Shown here piece by piece: positions 46,065-54,924 of a stretch of 64,000 nt of DNA. The stretch lies in the NCBI GenBank assembly GCA_012523895.1, contig JAAYSZ010000033.1, forward strand, positions 59,389 through 123,388. Direction: 5' to 3'. How positions within the stretch are numbered: the stretch's first letter is position 1; every line of letters begins with the position of its first letter. Both the position numbers and the translations under genes were made by a program. Origin of the DNA: Erysipelotrichaceae bacterium. Its GTDB lineage: Bacteria > Bacillota_I > Bacilli_A > Erysipelotrichales > Erysipelotrichaceae. The notes beneath the pieces were generated by a model. It made no database searches and was not told the origin of the DNA. It worked only from the letters and a program-made list of their open reading frames with translations.

Positions 46065-46093
46065 GGAAAAATTCTTGTAAGCCTTTACATTTT
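46065..46093 (+). promoter_or_regulatory. PTS operon promoter overlapped by a cre-like (CcpA) palindrome
   Basis: TTGTAA, a 17-nt spacer, then TATTAT. TGTAAGCCTTTACA (46066-46079) resembles the cre consensus TGWAANCGNTNWCA, with one central mismatch. Confidence 0.5.
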
Positions 46094-46134
46094 ATTGTAT
46101 TATAAAAGTTGAATATGGATAATAGGAGATGGAT

Positions 46135-46569
46135 ATGAGATATTTATTTTTAATTAGCCATGGTGATTTTGCACCTGGACTTCAAAGTGCTGTTGAAATG
46201 ATGGTAGGGGAAAAAGAAGATTTAAAATCTGCATCATTGCGTAACGGCGAATCTACAGTTGATTTTGGAGAAAAATTTAATAAACTTCTTGATCAATTAC
46301 AAGACGATGATGAGCTTATCTTGATGTGTGATATTTTAGGGGGCTCACCGCTAACTACTGCGCTTGCTTGTTTATCAGATTATAACAAGATAGATAAAAC
46401 TTTAGTAATTACTGGTATGAACATGCCTTTAGCTATCACAGCGATGACAATGAAAGATAATATCGATGATATGGAAGCGCTAAAAGATATGCTATTATTT
46501 GAAGGCAAGGAAAGCATTAGCGAATTTAAGATTTCTACAGAAGTTGTAGATGATGACGACGAAATTTAA
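46135..46569 (+). CDS. PTS mannose/fructose/sorbose family EIIA
   Basis: The FLISHGDFAPGL phospho-His motif. I place the start at ATG 46135, 6 nt after AGGAG. Confidence 0.85.
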   Translation: MRYLFLISHGDFAPGLQSAVEMMVGEKEDLKSASLRNGESTVDFGEKFNKLLDQLQDDDELILMCDILGGSPLTTALACLSDYNKIDKTLVITGMNMPLAITAMTMKDNIDDMEALKDMLLFEGKESISEFKISTEVVDDDDEI

Positions 46570-46587
46570 AAAAGGAGAGATAATATT

Positions 46588-47079
46588 ATGATTTCATTTA
46601 TTCGTATTGATGACCGTATGGTTCACGGTCAAGTAATTACGCGTTGGGCAAAGGAAAAACCATGTGATGGTTTAATCATTGTTAATGACCGTGTTGCTAA
46701 AACTCCAGTTCTTAAAAACTCATTTATCAATTCTACAGACAAAAAAGTGTTCATTTGGACAATTGATGAGTTTATTGAGAGACAAGATCGTATTACTGAA
46801 AGTAATCGTAACTACTTTTTAATTACAAAAGATCCAATTGACATGAAAAAACTTCTTGTTGATAAAAAATTTGTACCAAATGATATTAAACATATCATTG
46901 TTGGACCAGCAAATGATCGTCCTGGAACAACTAAACTTGGTGGAAACCAATCAATTACTCAAGATGAAGCTCAAGCAATCGAAGATATGGTAAATGCGGG
47001 CTATGAAGTTGAGTTTGCTTTAGTTCCAGAAACAAGTATTGGTACATGGTCTAAATTTAGGTCTCAATTTGGATTTTAG
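46588..47079 (+). CDS. PTS mannose family EIIB
   Basis: IRIDDRMVHGQV phospho-His motif. Confidence 0.85.
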   Translation: MISFIRIDDRMVHGQVITRWAKEKPCDGLIIVNDRVAKTPVLKNSFINSTDKKVFIWTIDEFIERQDRITESNRNYFLITKDPIDMKKLLVDKKFVPNDIKHIIVGPANDRPGTTKLGGNQSITQDEAQAIEDMVNAGYEVEFALVPETSIGTWSKFRSQFGF

Positions 47080-47134
47080 TGTGGGAAGCTAAAAGACAAT
47101 TTAGATAAAAAAGAGAGATGAAAGGAGATTTAAT

Positions 47135-47971
47135 ATGCAAATTTCTCTAATTGAAGCGATTCTTCTAGGTGTAATGAGTGTACTTGCTGGATCTACTCCT
47201 GCTGCTTTAGGTACAACAGTTGGAAACTACACATTAAACAGACCTTTAATTGGTGGTTTATTTGTTGGACTTATATTAGGAGATGTTCCAGGGGCAATTC
47301 AAATTGCTATTCCTATGCAAGTATTATATATTGCATTAGTTACGCCAGGAGGTACGGTGGCAGCGGACTTACGTGCTGTTTCGTACATAGGCATTCCTTT
47401 AGCCTATGTTGCAGTTAAGGGGGCAGGTCTTGATTTTGGTTCAGAACAAGCTGGAGGACTTGCTGTAAGTATTGCAGCTCTAGTTGGTACAGTTGGAACT
47501 GTTATGTTCTATGGTACTGCTATGATGAACTTATTCTGGCAACACTGGGGATGGGCAGAACTAGAAAAGAACAATTTTAAAGTATTACCTATTGTTGATG
47601 CAGTTCTACCTTTAATTACACACTTTGTAATTTCATTTATCCCTACAGTATTAATGACATACTATGGACAATCTGTTGTTACAGATATTCAACAAGCACT
47701 TCCAATGGATGGGCTTATTATGAAAACAATGTTTACAGTTGGTAACATTTTACCGGCTGTCGGAATTGCTATCCTATTAAAGTCAGTTGTTGACAAAGCA
47801 TCTGATTTAATTCCGTATGCATTTGGATTTGTTATTTCTAAGAGTTTAGGATTAACATTAGTGGCAGCTTCTTTAGTTGCAGCTATCTTTGCTTTATTCC
47901 ATTATAGAATGGAGATGGCTAAACTATCTTCAGGAAGTGGGCACAGTAAATATGACGAGGAGGATATCTAA
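47135..47971 (+). CDS. PTS mannose family EIIC
   Basis: Polytopic protein with a typical EIIC-Man N-terminus, ISLIEAILLG. Confidence 0.85.
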   Translation: MQISLIEAILLGVMSVLAGSTPAALGTTVGNYTLNRPLIGGLFVGLILGDVPGAIQIAIPMQVLYIALVTPGGTVAADLRAVSYIGIPLAYVAVKGAGLDFGSEQAGGLAVSIAALVGTVGTVMFYGTAMMNLFWQHWGWAELEKNNFKVLPIVDAVLPLITHFVISFIPTVLMTYYGQSVVTDIQQALPMDGLIMKTMFTVGNILPAVGIAILLKSVVDKASDLIPYAFGFVISKSLGLTLVAASLVAAIFALFHYRMEMAKLSSGSGHSKYDEEDI

Positions 47972-48816
47972 TGAGTAGTAGAGTAGAAAAGAAAGTATCT
48001 AAAAAAGCATTAAATGCATCCTTCTGGCGCTGGTGGTATGGTAACTTAACTTGCTTTACACACGAACATATGCAAACATTTGGTTACATGTGGTCTTTAT
48101 TCCAAGTAATCGATGATTTATACGAAACAACTGAAGAAAAAGGTGAAAAACTAAGAGCTTATTGGCCGTTCTTCAACACTGAACCACAAATTGGTTGTAT
48201 CGTTGTTGGAATTACAGCTGGGCTTGAAGAAGCACGTGCTAATGGAGATCCAAACGTTGATGATGAAATGATTAACGGTATCCGTGCAGGTCTAATGGGA
48301 CCTCTAGCAGGTATTGGAGACTCATTAATTGTTGGAACTTATATTCCAGTACTATTAGCAGTTGCTTTAGGTCTATCAGAAGGTGGATCTGTTATCGGGG
48401 CATTATTCTATATAGTAGTTTGGAATGCTACATCAATTTATTTCCAATACACTATATTCATGCGTGGATATGAACTTGGTGGTACAGCAGTAGATATTAT
48501 TGTTGGAGATCAAGCTACAGCACTTCGTGGTGCAGTTGTATTACTTGGGCAAATAATTGTAGGGGCAATTAATGGAGCTTGGGTTAATATTACAACACCA
48601 TTAGAATTTAAAAACGCACAAGGCGAAGTATTCTTAAATTTACAAGGTCAGCTTAATGGTATTATGCCAGGGCTACTTTCTATAGGATTTGTTCTTCTAT
48701 GCTGGTGGTTAATGGCTAAGAAGAATATGAAACCATTAACAGTTATGTTATTGATGATTTTGATCGCATTTGTTGGAGTTCTTATCGGATTCTTCGATCC
48801 ACAATTACATTACTAA
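47971..48816 (+). CDS. PTS mannose family EIID
   Basis: The FWRWWYGNLTCFTHEHMQTFGY EIID signature. Confidence 0.85.
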   Translation: MSSRVEKKVSKKALNASFWRWWYGNLTCFTHEHMQTFGYMWSLFQVIDDLYETTEEKGEKLRAYWPFFNTEPQIGCIVVGITAGLEEARANGDPNVDDEMINGIRAGLMGPLAGIGDSLIVGTYIPVLLAVALGLSEGGSVIGALFYIVVWNATSIYFQYTIFMRGYELGGTAVDIIVGDQATALRGAVVLLGQIIVGAINGAWVNITTPLEFKNAQGEVFLNLQGQLNGIMPGLLSIGFVLLCWWLMAKKNMKPLTVMLLMILIAFVGVLIGFFDPQLHY

Positions 48817-48824
48817 TAAAAAGA

Positions 48825-48854
48825 AAAACCCTATACTTCCCACATAGGGTTTTT
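48825..48854 (+). terminator. rho-independent terminator
   Basis: AAAACCCTAT pairs with ATAGGGTTTT. Confidence 0.7.
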
Positions 48855-48871
48855 AATTTAGTGGAGGATAT

Positions 48872-49213
48872 ATGAGTAAGAAGCTAACTAGAAAAGAAAG
48901 AGAACAATTAAAGTTTCAAATTGTTCAAGATAACCAAATGCTCATTAAAATGAGAAATTTTAATCGTGTTTTATTTAGTGTTAGTGCAATGTTAATTATT
49001 TTATCTGTGTTTTTGTATAATGCAGATACTTTTCTTCCTAATTTATTTGGGACAGTATTAAGATGGATATTATATATTGCAACTGTAATTGCATTTATAG
49101 TGAGTATTTTATCGCTTGTATCATTTTTTAATGCAAAGCGAAGAATTAAATATTATATAAATATTTATGATGGGAAAGTTGAACCTCTTCCAAATAAAAA
49201 CACTTCTGAATAA
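48872..49213 (+). CDS. hypothetical small membrane protein (2 TM segments)
   Basis: GGAGGA RBS and two hydrophobic helices. Confidence 0.5.
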   Translation: MSKKLTRKEREQLKFQIVQDNQMLIKMRNFNRVLFSVSAMLIILSVFLYNADTFLPNLFGTVLRWILYIATVIAFIVSILSLVSFFNAKRRIKYYINIYDGKVEPLPNKNTSE

Positions 49214-49230
49214 TAATTGGAAGTGTTTTT
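49199..49230 (+). terminator. rho-independent terminator
   Basis: AACACTTC pairs with GAAGTGTT, followed by TTTGTTT. Confidence 0.5.
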
Positions 49231-49243
49231 GTTTGGAAGTTAT

Positions 49244-50047
49244 TTAACTTTCTTTTTTATATTTGTTTATTGCTAGTTTTGCTTCTTTTTCTGAATATAT
49301 TCCACCAAATAATATATTATCTTTACTTGAATTATCTAAGGTATTATTATCTTTAAAATCAAAGATTTGTGTATCATTTTGTGTATCTTTTAAATGTTTA
49401 TCAAACAGGGTAATTAAACCTGTTTTTTCACAGAACCAAGACAGTTTAAAATAATCAGTTATAAATCTTATATCTTGAATAAGAAGTTTAGCTCCTTCAT
49501 TTGATATTGCAAAATAAGGAAGACCTTGTAATACTTCAAAATTTAATCTTCTTCTAATACCTAATGTATTTAGTATAAAAGCTGTAGCTTTAGAATAATT
49601 TTGTACAAAAGCATTTGTGGAAAATGATTTAAAGTTAGTAAAAGGATAATATCTGTTTATTCTTTTTGGGTCTGGTTTTTCTTTATCTATAATATAAAAG
49701 TTTTGTGGGTAATATTTCTCGAAAAAAGAAATCATTTCTTCATCATTTTTTAATGGAACCATACGTGGATCTAGTGAAATAAAATAATCAATGCGATATT
49801 GTTCAATACCTTTTTTCATCATATGTAGATAAAAATAAGAAAGTGATAAATCACCTATATTAGCATATGGTAAGTCTTGTTCAATATGAATTAATCGACT
49901 CGTAGAAAAATTATAAAAAGCTTCTTGTCGATCTTTATCATCATTGATTATTATAAAAACGGCGTGGTTATTATTTGTAAGTGCACGTATTAATTGAATT
50001 GTTTGTCTTTCAAGTGTGTCTGTTTGAATTAAAAATCCTAATCTCAT
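49244..50047 (-). CDS. GT14 (core-2/I-branching)-like protein, divergent
   Basis: Collinear with the bacterial 'Branch' domain pattern (LI....E....LI.AL......FIIH.D; DYFISL..R..PLK..EE...F). Several conserved positions are altered. Confidence 0.4.
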   Translation of the reverse strand: MRLGFLIQTDTLERQTIQLIRALTNNNHAVFIIINDDKDRQEAFYNFSTSRLIHIEQDLPYANIGDLSLSYFYLHMMKKGIEQYRIDYFISLDPRMVPLKNDEEMISFFEKYYPQNFYIIDKEKPDPKRINRYYPFTNFKSFSTNAFVQNYSKATAFILNTLGIRRRLNFEVLQGLPYFAISNEGAKLLIQDIRFITDYFKLSWFCEKTGLITLFDKHLKDTQNDTQIFDFKDNNTLDNSSKDNILFGGIYSEKEAKLAINKYKKES

Positions 50048-50087
50048 ATTAAAAACCTCTAATAAAGTATAACATAAAAATAATTAT

Positions 50088-50123
50088 CAAAAATTATCAA
50101 AAATAAGCAAAATCTTTCAAAAA
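50088..50123. repeat. four helically phased A-tracts upstream of the GRE promoter
   Basis: CAAAA(A) starts at 50088, 50098, 50108 and 50118, an exact 10-bp period. Confidence 0.7.
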
Positions 50124-50137
50124 TCTTCATTAAATCC

Positions 50138-50166
50138 TTGTATGTATATGTTAAAAAAGCTATAAT
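50138..50166 (+). promoter_or_regulatory. GRE operon promoter
   Basis: TTGTAT, a 17-nt spacer, then TATAAT. An AGAAGGA RBS precedes ATG 50191. Confidence 0.6.
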
Positions 50167-50190
50167 TTTTTATAAGAGAAGGATAATGAT

Positions 50191-52572
50191 ATGCAATTAC
50201 TAGAAATGAAAATTGACAATATTGATACTATTGATTTTAAAAGAATTGATAGATTAAGGAAGATAATGCAAAATCGAAAGGCTAGCTTATGTAGTGAAAG
50301 AGCTAAAATATATACTGAAGTTTTTAAAGAAACTGAAGAAGAACCTATGATTTTAAGAAAAGCTAAAGGTTTAAGTAAAACATTAAATGATATGTCTATT
50401 TATCATTTAGATGATTCTCTAATTTTTGGAAATCAAGCTAGTAGAAATTTTGCGGCTCCAATTTTTCCTGAATATTCTATAAAGTGGTTACTTGATGAGG
50501 TAGATAGCTTTGAATATCGTGATGGTGATGTATTTAATGTTTCTGATGAAGTAAAGAAAGATTTAAGAGAAATTGGGAAATATTGGATTAATAAAACACA
50601 TGAAGATAATGTAAATAATAATATTCCTCAAATTAATCTTTTGGCTGAAAAACAAAAGGTACTTCATAGAGGAGGAATTTCAAATTCTGGAGATGGTCAT
50701 ATTGTAAGTGACCATAAATGGTTATTAGAAATTGGCTATTCTGGAATGGTTGATTTAATTAATGAAAAATTAAAAAATCCTGATTTATCAGATAATCAAA
50801 TTAATTTTTATAATGCTTCAAAAATGACACTTATTGCTGGATTAAATTATGCAAAAAGATTTGCGAATTACTTTAAAGAAAAAGCAAAATTAAATAATGA
50901 TAAAAAATTATATTATTTAAGTGAAATAGCTAATAAGGTTCTTGATGGACCATGTGAGTCTTTTCATGAGGCATTACAAGCTATTTATTTAAATCATGTA
51001 TTTTTAATGATTGAAAGTAATGGTCACTCATTTTGTTATGGTCGTATTGATCAATACTTATATCCTTATTATCAAAACGATATTAAAAAAGGTGTATTAA
51101 CTAAAGCTAAAGCACTTGAGCTGATTACTCATTTCTTTATAATGAATAATTCACTTAACAAGATTCGTAGTAATGGTCATACACTTTTTTCACAAGGTTA
51201 TCCACTTTATACAAATGTAATGGTTGGAGGCTTATTACCTAGTGGAGAAGATGGTACTAATGATTTAACTTATTTAAGTGTTGAAGCTATGGGTTTATGT
51301 AGACTTAATGAGCCTAATTTTTCTATGCGTTATCATAAAGAGTCACCTAAAGAAATATTATCTCTTGCGTCTAAATTAATTCGTACAGGTTGTGGTATGC
51401 CTTCAATGTTTAATGATGCTACTTGTATTAAAGGGTTAATTGATTTAGGGATTGATAAAGAAGATGCATATGATTATGTTGCTATTGGGTGTGTTGAAAC
51501 AGGAGTACAAGGAAAATATGGTCATAGAGCTACTGGAATGACTTATATGAATTGGGGTAAGATTTTAGAAATTGTTTTAAATAGAGGTTTTGATCCTAAT
51601 ACAAATATAAGATTATTTAAACTATCTAAAGAACCTAAATCATATGAAGAATTATGGAATGATTGGAAGAAAGCTCTGGCATTTTATTCAGAATTATCTT
51701 TTGAAAGTGATAGAGTTTGTGATAGGTCTTTAGAAATTTATGATTCTAGTCCTTTGGGTTCAATTTTCATTCACAATTCTTTAGAGTTAGGAAAAACTTT
51801 AAAGGAAGGTGGTTGTGAATATGATGTTGTTTCACAATCCAATATAGGAAGTTCAGTTGTTGGAAACTCTTTAATGGTATTAAAGAAATTAGTTTTTGAA
51901 GATAAAAAATATACTTATTCTCAAATAATGGAAGCTTTAAAAAATAATTGGCAAGATGAAGAAATTCATAAAGCTTGTTTAGAAGTAGAAAAATTTGGGA
52001 ATAATAGTGATCAAGTTGACTTAATAGTAAAGGATGTTTTTGATTCATATCTTGAATTACTTGATGGAGTAAAAACTATAAGATATAACAGAGGTCCAAA
52101 GATTTCAAAATATACTATGTCAACTAGTAATATTACTTCTTATATTCCTAATGGTAAAAATGTTGGTGCAACTCCAGATGGAAGAAAAGCTCAAAGTCCT
52201 CTTAATGAAGGGTGTTCACCAACTCAAAATACAGTAAGTAAAGGTCTTACTGCATTAATAAATTCAGTATCAGTATTACCAAATGAAAAAGTTGCAGCAG
52301 GTCAATTATTAAATACTAGAATTTCTTATCAATTACTTAATAATGAAGAAAAGATAGATAAGTTTATCAGTTTTTTAAGAGTAAGTGCTAAAAAAGGAAT
52401 TTATCATAATCAGTTTAATGTTGTAAGTAACAAAGTTTTAAAAGATGCTCAAATACATCCTGAAAATCATAGAGATTTAATAGTAAGAGTTGCAGGCTAT
52501 TGTGCACAGTTTGTAGCTTTAACACCAGAAGCTCAAGAAGCAATAATTCAAAGAAATGAGTATGGCGCATGA
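50191..52572 (+). CDS. glycyl radical enzyme, PFL2/1,2-eliminase (dehydratase/lyase) class, substrate unknown
   Basis: C-terminal glycyl fingerprint IVRVAGYCAQF (Gly769). The thiyl loop AIGCVETG (Cys434, Glu436) is the GCVE motif of the diol-dehydratase/CutC/HypD/IslA-type enzymes, not the CC loop of PFL. Confidence 0.85.
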   Translation: MQLLEMKIDNIDTIDFKRIDRLRKIMQNRKASLCSERAKIYTEVFKETEEEPMILRKAKGLSKTLNDMSIYHLDDSLIFGNQASRNFAAPIFPEYSIKWLLDEVDSFEYRDGDVFNVSDEVKKDLREIGKYWINKTHEDNVNNNIPQINLLAEKQKVLHRGGISNSGDGHIVSDHKWLLEIGYSGMVDLINEKLKNPDLSDNQINFYNASKMTLIAGLNYAKRFANYFKEKAKLNNDKKLYYLSEIANKVLDGPCESFHEALQAIYLNHVFLMIESNGHSFCYGRIDQYLYPYYQNDIKKGVLTKAKALELITHFFIMNNSLNKIRSNGHTLFSQGYPLYTNVMVGGLLPSGEDGTNDLTYLSVEAMGLCRLNEPNFSMRYHKESPKEILSLASKLIRTGCGMPSMFNDATCIKGLIDLGIDKEDAYDYVAIGCVETGVQGKYGHRATGMTYMNWGKILEIVLNRGFDPNTNIRLFKLSKEPKSYEELWNDWKKALAFYSELSFESDRVCDRSLEIYDSSPLGSIFIHNSLELGKTLKEGGCEYDVVSQSNIGSSVVGNSLMVLKKLVFEDKKYTYSQIMEALKNNWQDEEIHKACLEVEKFGNNSDQVDLIVKDVFDSYLELLDGVKTIRYNRGPKISKYTMSTSNITSYIPNGKNVGATPDGRKAQSPLNEGCSPTQNTVSKGLTALINSVSVLPNEKVAAGQLLNTRISYQLLNNEEKIDKFISFLRVSAKKGIYHNQFNVVSNKVLKDAQIHPENHRDLIVRVAGYCAQFVALTPEAQEAIIQRNEYGA

Positions 52573-53339
52573 AGAAGGGATTAATATCAAAAGTACAGCG
52601 ATACAGTATTAATGATGGACCAGGTATTAGAAGCACTGTATTTTTAAAGGGCTGTAATTTAAATTGTATGTGGTGTTCTAATCCTGAATTGATTGATTTT
52701 AGCCAATCATATTTAGATGGAAAACCTGTAGGAGAATTAATAAGTGTTAAAGATGTTGTAAAAGAAGTTATAAGAGATATTGATTTTTATAAAGAATCTT
52801 TAGGAGGAGTAACTTTTTCTGGAGGTGAACCTTTATTACAAAGTGATTTTTTACTTGAATGTATTAAATTATTAAAAGATTATTCAATCCATATTGCAAT
52901 AGACACTGCACTTTATGTTGATAAAAAAATCATTAAAAAATTATTGCCTTATGTTGATTTATGGTTAGTTGATTTAAAGAGTATAGATGATATAACGCAT
53001 ATTAAAACTACTAATGTTTCAAATAAAATTATTTTGGATAATATTAAATTTCTCTATAAAAATAATGTGAATATGTGGATTAGATGTATTTTAGTTAATA
53101 AAGAAAATTATGATTTAGATGAATTAAAAAAACGTTTAAATTTTATTGAAAGTATTAAAAAATGTGTAAAGCGTGTTGATATATTAGGGTATCATCAGTT
53201 AGGAGTTAGTAAATATCAAAAGTTAAATAAAGAATATTTATTAACTAATGAAGCTTTATTAAGTGATATACAAGAAAAAGAAGTTGAAGAATTAATTAAA
53301 GAATATGTATTACCAATATATTTTGAAAGGGGGATTTGA
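52569..53339 (+). CDS. glycyl-radical enzyme activating protein (short, PflA-like form)
   Basis: CNLNCMWCSNPE (CX3CX2C) and GGVTFSGGEPLL. There is no Cys-rich ferredoxin insert between these motifs. Confidence 0.85.
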   Translation: MKKGLISKVQRYSINDGPGIRSTVFLKGCNLNCMWCSNPELIDFSQSYLDGKPVGELISVKDVVKEVIRDIDFYKESLGGVTFSGGEPLLQSDFLLECIKLLKDYSIHIAIDTALYVDKKIIKKLLPYVDLWLVDLKSIDDITHIKTTNVSNKIILDNIKFLYKNNVNMWIRCILVNKENYDLDELKKRLNFIESIKKCVKRVDILGYHQLGVSKYQKLNKEYLLTNEALLSDIQEKEVEELIKEYVLPIYFERGI

Positions 53340-54094
53340 TGTTACAGAATGATAGATATGATTTTATCCTTAATTTATTAAAACAAAATAAATCTATACA
53401 GGTTAAAGAAATTGCAAGTTTATTAAATATTTCTGAATCAACAATTCGTAGAGATTTAATCAATCTTGAAAAAGAAGGTAAATTAAATAGAGTTCATGGT
53501 GGGGCAATTTTAGGTGAAGGAATGACTATCTATAATCAAAGTAAAGAAATCAAAATTTCAGATAGAACCCTTGTAAATATAGATATTAAATTAAAGATTG
53601 CTCAAGAAGTCAGTAAAAATATTCAAGATGGACAATGTATTTTTATAGATGGTGGATCATCTCTTGCTCCTTTAGCTGATTTATTAGCTCATAGAGATAT
53701 AAATATTGTTACTAATAGTATTTTGTTTTTACAAAGATTAGAAAATTCTTTCGCAAATGTTTATTGTTTAGGAGGAGATTATTTAGATAAATATCAAATG
53801 ACAATGGGACCTATTGCGACTGCTCAACTTTCAACTTTTAATTTTGATGCGGCTTATATATCTTGTGCAGGAGTATCATTTGAAAATAATATGGGGTATA
53901 CAGCTGAAATAGGTACAAATGTAATAAAACAACAAGCTAAAAGGCAAGCATTGCACTCTTATCTAATAATTGATGATTCAAAAATTGAAATGATTGGTTT
54001 TTGTACAATTGATAAGTTAGATGCTTTTGACAAGATTTATTGTAATAAGATTGATGATATAGAAAATGCCCCAGAAAACATGGTATGGGTTTAA
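53336..54094 (+). CDS. DeoR/GlpR-family transcriptional regulator
   Basis: N-terminal HTH VKEIASLLNISESTIRRDLINLEKEGKLNRVHGGA plus a DeoR C-terminal sensor domain. Confidence 0.85.
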   Translation: MMLQNDRYDFILNLLKQNKSIQVKEIASLLNISESTIRRDLINLEKEGKLNRVHGGAILGEGMTIYNQSKEIKISDRTLVNIDIKLKIAQEVSKNIQDGQCIFIDGGSSLAPLADLLAHRDINIVTNSILFLQRLENSFANVYCLGGDYLDKYQMTMGPIATAQLSTFNFDAAYISCAGVSFENNMGYTAEIGTNVIKQQAKRQALHSYLIIDDSKIEMIGFCTIDKLDAFDKIYCNKIDDIENAPENMVWV

Positions 54095-54108
54095 TTGGAG
54101 ATAAGTAT

Positions 54109-54924
54109 ATGAAAGATATTAAATTTGTGATATTTGATGTTGATGGAACTTTAATTACAAAATCAAGTAGAATTTTATTAGATTCAACAATTGATGCAAT
54201 ACATCAATTACAGAATAAAGGTATAAAAGTAGCGATTGCGACAGGAAGGGCAATGTATGCATTAGAAAAATCAATTATTGATAGAGTTCATTTTGATTAT
54301 TATGTTTGTTCTAATGGAACTTTTATTTATGATAATGATGATAAGAAGATTGTATATAAACGTATTGTTCTTAATGAAACTATTAATGAATATACTAATT
54401 TATGTGATAAGACTAATTCAGAAGTTTTATTTCAATTTGAAGATGCAGGATATATTTATTCTGGAAATGGAAAACTTAAAAAAATAATTACTAAGTATTT
54501 AGGAATTAATGATTTTATTATTAACCATCCTGAAAGAAATCATCATTTAAAAAATGAAGCTAGTGCAATAGTATCTTATATTGATGAAAATCATCTAGAA
54601 ACATTTAAAGATTCTTTTTTAGATTATGATTTTGTACCATTTGCGCAAGATTATTATGATTTAAATCCAAAATCAATAAATAAGGCTACAGGTATATTTA
54701 AGATATGTGATTATTTAAATATAGATTATAGTCAAACTATGGCATTTGGTGATGCAAATAATGATTATGAAATGATTGAAGAAGCAGGAATTGGTATTGC
54801 GATGGGAAATGCACTTGATAATATAAAAGAAATTGCTAAATATATTACTGAAGATACAGAACATCATGGAGTTCATAATGCTTTAGTTCATTTTGGTTTA
54901 ATAGAAGGTGAAAAATATGTATGA
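54109..54924 (+). CDS. Cof-type HAD-IIB phosphatase
   Basis: FDVDGTL, ATGR, and GDANNDYEM. I place the start at ATG 54109, 8 nt after GGAG and downstream of the deoR stop. Confidence 0.8.
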   Translation: MKDIKFVIFDVDGTLITKSSRILLDSTIDAIHQLQNKGIKVAIATGRAMYALEKSIIDRVHFDYYVCSNGTFIYDNDDKKIVYKRIVLNETINEYTNLCDKTNSEVLFQFEDAGYIYSGNGKLKKIITKYLGINDFIINHPERNHHLKNEASAIVSYIDENHLETFKDSFLDYDFVPFAQDYYDLNPKSINKATGIFKICDYLNIDYSQTMAFGDANNDYEMIEEAGIGIAMGNALDNIKEIAKYITEDTEHHGVHNALVHFGLIEGEKYV

